This document shows positions 6,770 through 9,283 of a stretch of 9,283 bases of DNA, one piece after another (within the stretch, counting starts at the first letter, position 1; each line of letters begins with the position of its first letter). The notes beneath the pieces are model-generated. The model searched no databases, was not told where the DNA came from, and saw nothing but the letters and a program-made list of their open reading frames with translations. This DNA is from a virus. Its lineage: Duplodnaviria; Heunggongvirae; Uroviricota; Caudoviricetes. The stretch is taken from the IMG/VR virus record IMGVR_UViG_2534681766_000007, positions 1 to 9,283 of that record. The stretch is one strand, 5' to 3'. A program made the position numbers and the translations under genes.

Positions 6770-6793
6770 AGGCCCGCTATCGGGCCTTAATTT
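6770..6793. terminator. bidirectional intrinsic terminator between convergent tfa genes (AGGCCCG-CTAT-CGGGCCT followed by TAATTTTT)
   Basis: GC-rich 7-bp stem with 4-nt loop and a T-run on the plus strand; sits between the tfa stop (6763-6765) and the tfa' stop (6794-6796). Confidence 0.55.
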
Positions 6794-7321
6794 TTACTCT
6801 GGTTTTTGTGGCCATTCAGGATTTGCCGTATCCACACGGCTGACCAGAACACTGTAGCGTTCCCATGCTTCCAGTCGTGTGCGTTCCTCGTCTGTTGCCA
6901 TATTCAGCCTGACAGCGCGTTCCAGCGGTTGGATGACTGATTCAGCTTCGGAAAGCAATGCGGCCTTTTGTGATTCGGCCTGTTGTTGTTGCTCGTCTGC
7001 CGTATAAATCCGTTTAACCACAGCTCCGTCCCTAAACATCCACTTACCGGAATCATCAGCGCGGCGGTTGGCTGTAATATCTGGAACCTCAACGACGCTA
7101 TAACCTTCAGGGTTAAGCGTGGAGGCATCTTTGGTGATGGCGACAATAATATTATTTGCATCGTAAACAATCTTTATTGTGTCTGGCTGAAAGTTTTTCA
7201 CTTCCTCATACCAGTTTTTTCCGTCTTCGGACCATAACCAGATAACATCAAAATTCTTTGTTAGCTGATATTGTTCTTTTGTTTTTGGTTTTCCAGACTT
7301 AATATTTTTTAAATGCTGCAT
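6794..7321 (-). CDS. tfa: alternate tail-fibre assembly protein (Tfa' / U'), 175 aa
   Basis: N-terminus [24 protein letters not shown] is paralogous to the plus-strand Tfa, with a divergent C-terminal half; start ATG at 7319-7321, 3 bp after the Sv' stop. Confidence 0.85.
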   Translation of the reverse strand: MQHLKNIKSGKPKTKEQYQLTKNFDVIWLWSEDGKNWYEEVKNFQPDTIKIVYDANNIIVAITKDASTLNPEGYSVVEVPDITANRRADDSGKWMFRDGAVVKRIYTADEQQQQAESQKAALLSEAESVIQPLERAVRLNMATDEERTRLEAWERYSVLVSRVDTANPEWPQKPE

Positions 7322-7324
7322 AAA

Positions 7325-8323
7325 TTACACCTGTACGACGTTATACCATGTGCCATTGATGTATTTTTGTATTGGTCTGAATACTGCCGGATCATCGCCA
7401 TCAACTGCACCGATAATGCCAAGCCCCGTAATTGCATGACCTGATTTCTCATACATCACGCCTTTTTGCATAGTCTGAACAACACGTGTACCAAGTCGGA
7501 CATCTCTCACATAACGTGGGTCAAAATTACCATAATTGCCGGGAATAACTTGCGCACCGCAAAGCCAGTTGCCATTGTTGTCCATGTACGCCTGACCATC
7601 GGTGCCATTGGCTGTCCTTGAGTTATTAATCATGTAGATGCCAAATTGCTTATTCCCCAGTCCACCAATCATAAATTTGCGATCAGCGTGGTCCTGACGA
7701 AGTAATGCCTGCGCACCATCGGTGGATACCGCATTGCGTCCCAAAATAACATTCTGGTCACGCATATGAATCCACATGCCGGTACTACTGTTAATTGCAA
7801 AACGGTTTGCAAATATATCCCCTGTAACATCAAGACCATGCCCCATGCTTATCCGACCAGTTCTGAGATTAAGCGTAAAGGGGCGTAGTGGCCCTATATC
7901 ACCATTTTCTCCCTCATTCTCTCGTGTAGGGATGATATGCAGGCATTCTTCAGAGCGACGAAAAATAGCACCAAAAGATGAATTAAATATCCTCAGTGCA
8001 TTGACTGTCGATATTTTTACTTCACTGCTGAAAAGGGCTTTAACAAGGACAGACAAAGCATCCCATTTAAGAGTCATCAGGTCTTTTGTTGTGGTGCTCT
8101 GGCGGCTTCTCCATTTGAAATATTCATTGCCGTTGTCGCCTGTTTCAAACCACATGTATGAATCAGTGTCGCTGTCGGCATTATTTTTAAAACCAATCTT
8201 TGCCCAGTCAGTATTTCTAATCCAGGCAAGGATTGAGTCGTTTTCAAAAGTAAGCCCACCGGACAAGGTATCGCCATTCTTTTGCACGGCGTTCCTGGCC
8301 CTGTTTACCGTTTCCTGTAAACC
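7325..8323 (-). CDS. alternate tail-fibre variable C-terminal domain (Sv'); no start of its own, expressed only when inversion joins it to the constant region
   Basis: Reading from the right crossover site on the minus strand gives ...YLGLQETVNRARNAVQKNGDTLSGGLTFENDSILAW..., in frame with the constant-region motif and continuing to a stop at 7325-7327. Ends ...FRPIQKYINGTWYNVVQV, parallel to the Sv ending ...RPIQYCINGTWYNAGSI. Confidence 0.8.
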   Translation of the reverse strand, partial: GLQETVNRARNAVQKNGDTLSGGLTFENDSILAWIRNTDWAKIGFKNNADSDTDSYMWFETGDNGNEYFKWRSRQSTTTKDLMTLKWDALSVLVKALFSSEVKISTVNALRIFNSSFGAIFRRSEECLHIIPTRENEGENGDIGPLRPFTLNLRTGRISMGHGLDVTGDIFANRFAINSSTGMWIHMRDQNVILGRNAVSTDGAQALLRQDHADRKFMIGGLGNKQFGIYMINNSRTANGTDGQAYMDNNGNWLCGAQVIPGNYGNFDPRYVRDVRLGTRVVQTMQKGVMYEKSGHAITGLGIIGAVDGDDPAVFRPIQKYINGTWYNVVQV

Positions 8324-8337
8324 GAGGTTTTAGATAA
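8312..8337. repeat. 26-bp Gin/Pin/Hin/Cin-type crossover site, right end of invertible segment (TTCCTGTAAACCGAGGTTTTAGATAA)
   Basis: One mismatch to the Mu gixL sequence as I recall it (TTCCTGTAAACCGAGGTTTTGGATAA); inverted with respect to the site at 5259-5284. Confidence 0.85.
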
Positions 8338-8391
8338 TGGCGGTTTCTGGCCTGCATGGCATGATTTGTGCTTTTGGACGGGAGATTCAGC

Positions 8392-8625
8392 GTGCTGATT
8401 GGCTATGTAAGGGTATCAACAAATGACCAGAATACAGACCTGCAACGAAACGCTCTTGTTTGTGCAGGATGTGAACAAATATTTGAAGATAAATTAAGCG
8501 GAATAAGGACAGGCCGACCTGGATTAAAACGTGCTTTAAAGCGCCTTCAAAAAGGTGACGCACTGGTTGTCTGGAAACTGGACTGACTGGGTCACTGTAT
8601 GCGGCATCTTGTCGTGCTGGTGGTG
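8392..8625 (+). pseudogene. pin: serine DNA invertase (Pin/Gin/Hin/Cin family) remnant: N-terminal catalytic fragment interrupted by in-frame TGA after codon 64, then 3'-truncated
   Basis: GTG at 8392 with GGAG 7 nt upstream; translation VLIGYVRVSTNDQNTDLQRNALVCAGCEQIFEDKLSGIRTGRPGLKRALKRLQKGDALVVWKLD carries the invertase active-site serine context (VRVSTNDQ). TGA at 8584-8586 where family members have an Arg codon (DRLGRS), a few more invertase-like codons (MRHLVVLV), then unrelated sequence. The helix-turn-helix DNA-binding C-terminus is absent. Confidence 0.85.
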
Positions 8626-8718
8626 GAAGCCTGGAAAAAGTATCGGGGGTTGCTGAACCGTGTTGATACATCAACTGCACCGGATATTGAATGGCCAACA
8701 GGACCCATTATCGAATAG
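8626..8718 (+). pseudogene. 3'-terminal fragment of a tail-fibre assembly (tfa) gene fused in frame to the pin remnant
   Basis: Translation [30 protein letters not shown] then stop (TAG 8716-8718). This matches the Tfa C-terminal pattern seen in both tfa genes of this window (...[26 protein letters not shown] and ...LTEWMLYAQKVESTDTSGLPVTFPEQPE) and the lambda Tfa C-terminus as I recall it. Confidence 0.6.
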
Positions 8719-8729
8719 TGCATTACGAA

Positions 8730-8762
8730 CTGCAGGATATTATATGGGATAATATTCTGCAG
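8730..8762. terminator. 13-bp stem hairpin (CTGCAGGATATTA / TAATATTCTGCAG, one G-U pair) followed by TTTATT; putative bidirectional terminator between the convergent pin/tfa remnant and the GGDEF gene
   Basis: Inverted repeat read directly from sequence at 8730-8742 and 8750-8762 with a 7-nt loop; 30 bp upstream of the GGDEF gene stop (8792-8794) on the opposite strand. Confidence 0.4.
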
Positions 8763-8791
8763 TTTATTGGGGCTGTATTTTAAAAAGGTGT

Positions 8792-9283
8792 TTATTTTGA
8801 GTGAGTTATCACCTTGTTTTTTCCGGTTCTTTTGGCTTGATATAACGCTTTATCGGCATTGACTAACATTTCAGATGGACTGAGATTATTCTCTTTTGAA
8901 GTAAAGCAACCAATACTGACAGTTATTTTCTCAGGTCCATGCGATAATAATTTTTCCGAGCATTGCTCTTCAATGTTTTTTCTGATTCGCTCTGCAATTG
9001 ATAGCAAGAGCTTTTGAGTATTACCTTTAATGATAATACCGAACTCCTCACCGCCTAAGCGCCCTAATATATCCTCTTTCCTGATGGATTTTTTTATTAT
9101 TCTGGTAACCATTACTATGACTTGATCACCCATATGATGCCCCCATTTGTCATTGATGCTTTTGAAATTGTCAATATCTAACATTATTACTGAGAAATCA
9201 TGGTGTTTTGATATATTCTTCAATGAGTCAATAAAGTATCTTCTATTGTATGTATTCGTTAGTGGATCATGAATTGCCATATG
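8792..9283 (-). CDS. GGDEF-domain diguanylate cyclase, C-terminal catalytic domain (5' end of gene lies beyond the window)
   Basis: Frame contains the GGDEF-domain start motif DPLTNTYNRRYF, the active-site motif GGEEF (LGRLGGEEFGIII) and an RxxD I-site (RKED) five residues upstream of it. The frame is open to the window edge, so the listed Met is probably internal. AT-rich: 20 G+C in the 60 nt 8881-8940. Confidence 0.8.
   Translation of the reverse strand, partial: HMAIHDPLTNTYNRRYFIDSLKNISKHHDFSVIMLDIDNFKSINDKWGHHMGDQVIVMVTRIIKKSIRKEDILGRLGGEEFGIIIKGNTQKLLLSIAERIRKNIEEQCSEKLLSHGPEKITVSIGCFTSKENNLSPSEMLVNADKALYQAKRTGKNKVITHSK

Larger units (their letters stand above)
5259..8337. mobile_element. 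invertible DNA segment (host-range switch, Mu G-segment / e14 P-segment type), about 3.1 kb
   Basis: Bounded by inverted 26-bp crossover sites. Contains mirror-image gene sets: Sv-tfa on the plus strand and Sv'-tfa' on the minus strand, convergent on a central terminator, with a serine-invertase gene remnant just outside the right end. Confidence 0.85.
1331..9283 (+). mobile_element. defective lambdoid prophage (left end from attL; right end not in window)
   Basis: attL core next to ybhC; lambda-type int and xis; early-left small genes; deletion joints at about 3925, 4868 and 8620; tail-fibre inversion module; AT-rich cargo genes. No replication, immunity, lysis or head genes in the window. 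Confidence 0.85.

Noticed and set aside
6904-7237. ORFs 6904-7170 (minus) and 6983-7237 (plus) inside tfa'
   Set aside because: Overlap the tfa' gene in other frames or antisense; tfa' is supported by paralogy to tfa.
7776-8333. 185-aa plus-strand ORF and 66-aa minus-strand ORF overlapping Sv'
   Set aside because: The 185-aa frame is antisense to the alternate tail-fibre domain, which has clear family resemblance; its Ser/Leu/Arg-rich translation looks like an antisense artefact.
8387-8698. 103-aa minus-strand ORF across the pin remnant
   Set aside because: Antisense to the invertase N-terminal fragment and tfa fragment; no start signal; chance frame.
8792-9283. Idea that the terminal gene is the host neighbour ybhB
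   Set aside because: The translation is a GGDEF diguanylate cyclase, whereas ybhB is a PEBP/kinase-inhibitor-family protein; no attR precedes it, and the gene is AT-rich like the other cargo.
1-9283. CRISPR arrays, tRNA or rRNA genes, IS elements
   Set aside because: No direct-repeat/spacer periodicity, no cloverleaf-like conserved tRNA segments and no transposase-like ORF with terminal inverted repeats were seen. The only structured repeats are the att sequences, the inversion crossover sites and terminator hairpins.

Overview
This window appears to be the left end of a defective lambdoid prophage integrated at the canonical lambda attachment site of an Escherichia coli-type chromosome. Host gene ybhC (1-1284, minus) is followed by a lambda attL core (1331-1345) and lambda-type int and xis. 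Next comes an AT-rich ~1 kb substitution cassette encoding a 200-aa predicted three-helix membrane protein of unknown function, which I consider the best candidate for an undescribed accessory or phage-exclusion gene. After it are lambda early-left small genes (TraR/DksA-like Orf73, orf61-region ORF, orf63, truncated orf60a), then an abrupt joint at about 4868 to the middle of a side-tail-fibre gene. The tail-fibre module is a Mu G-segment / e14 P-segment-type invertible host-range switch (5259-8337) flanked by 26-bp crossover sites, but its pin invertase is a pseudogene fused to a tfa 3' fragment. The window ends inside an AT-rich, convergently oriented GGDEF diguanylate cyclase gene. No rRNA, tRNA or CRISPR array was seen. 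Comparisons to phage lambda are from memory of protein and att sequences, not from a database search.
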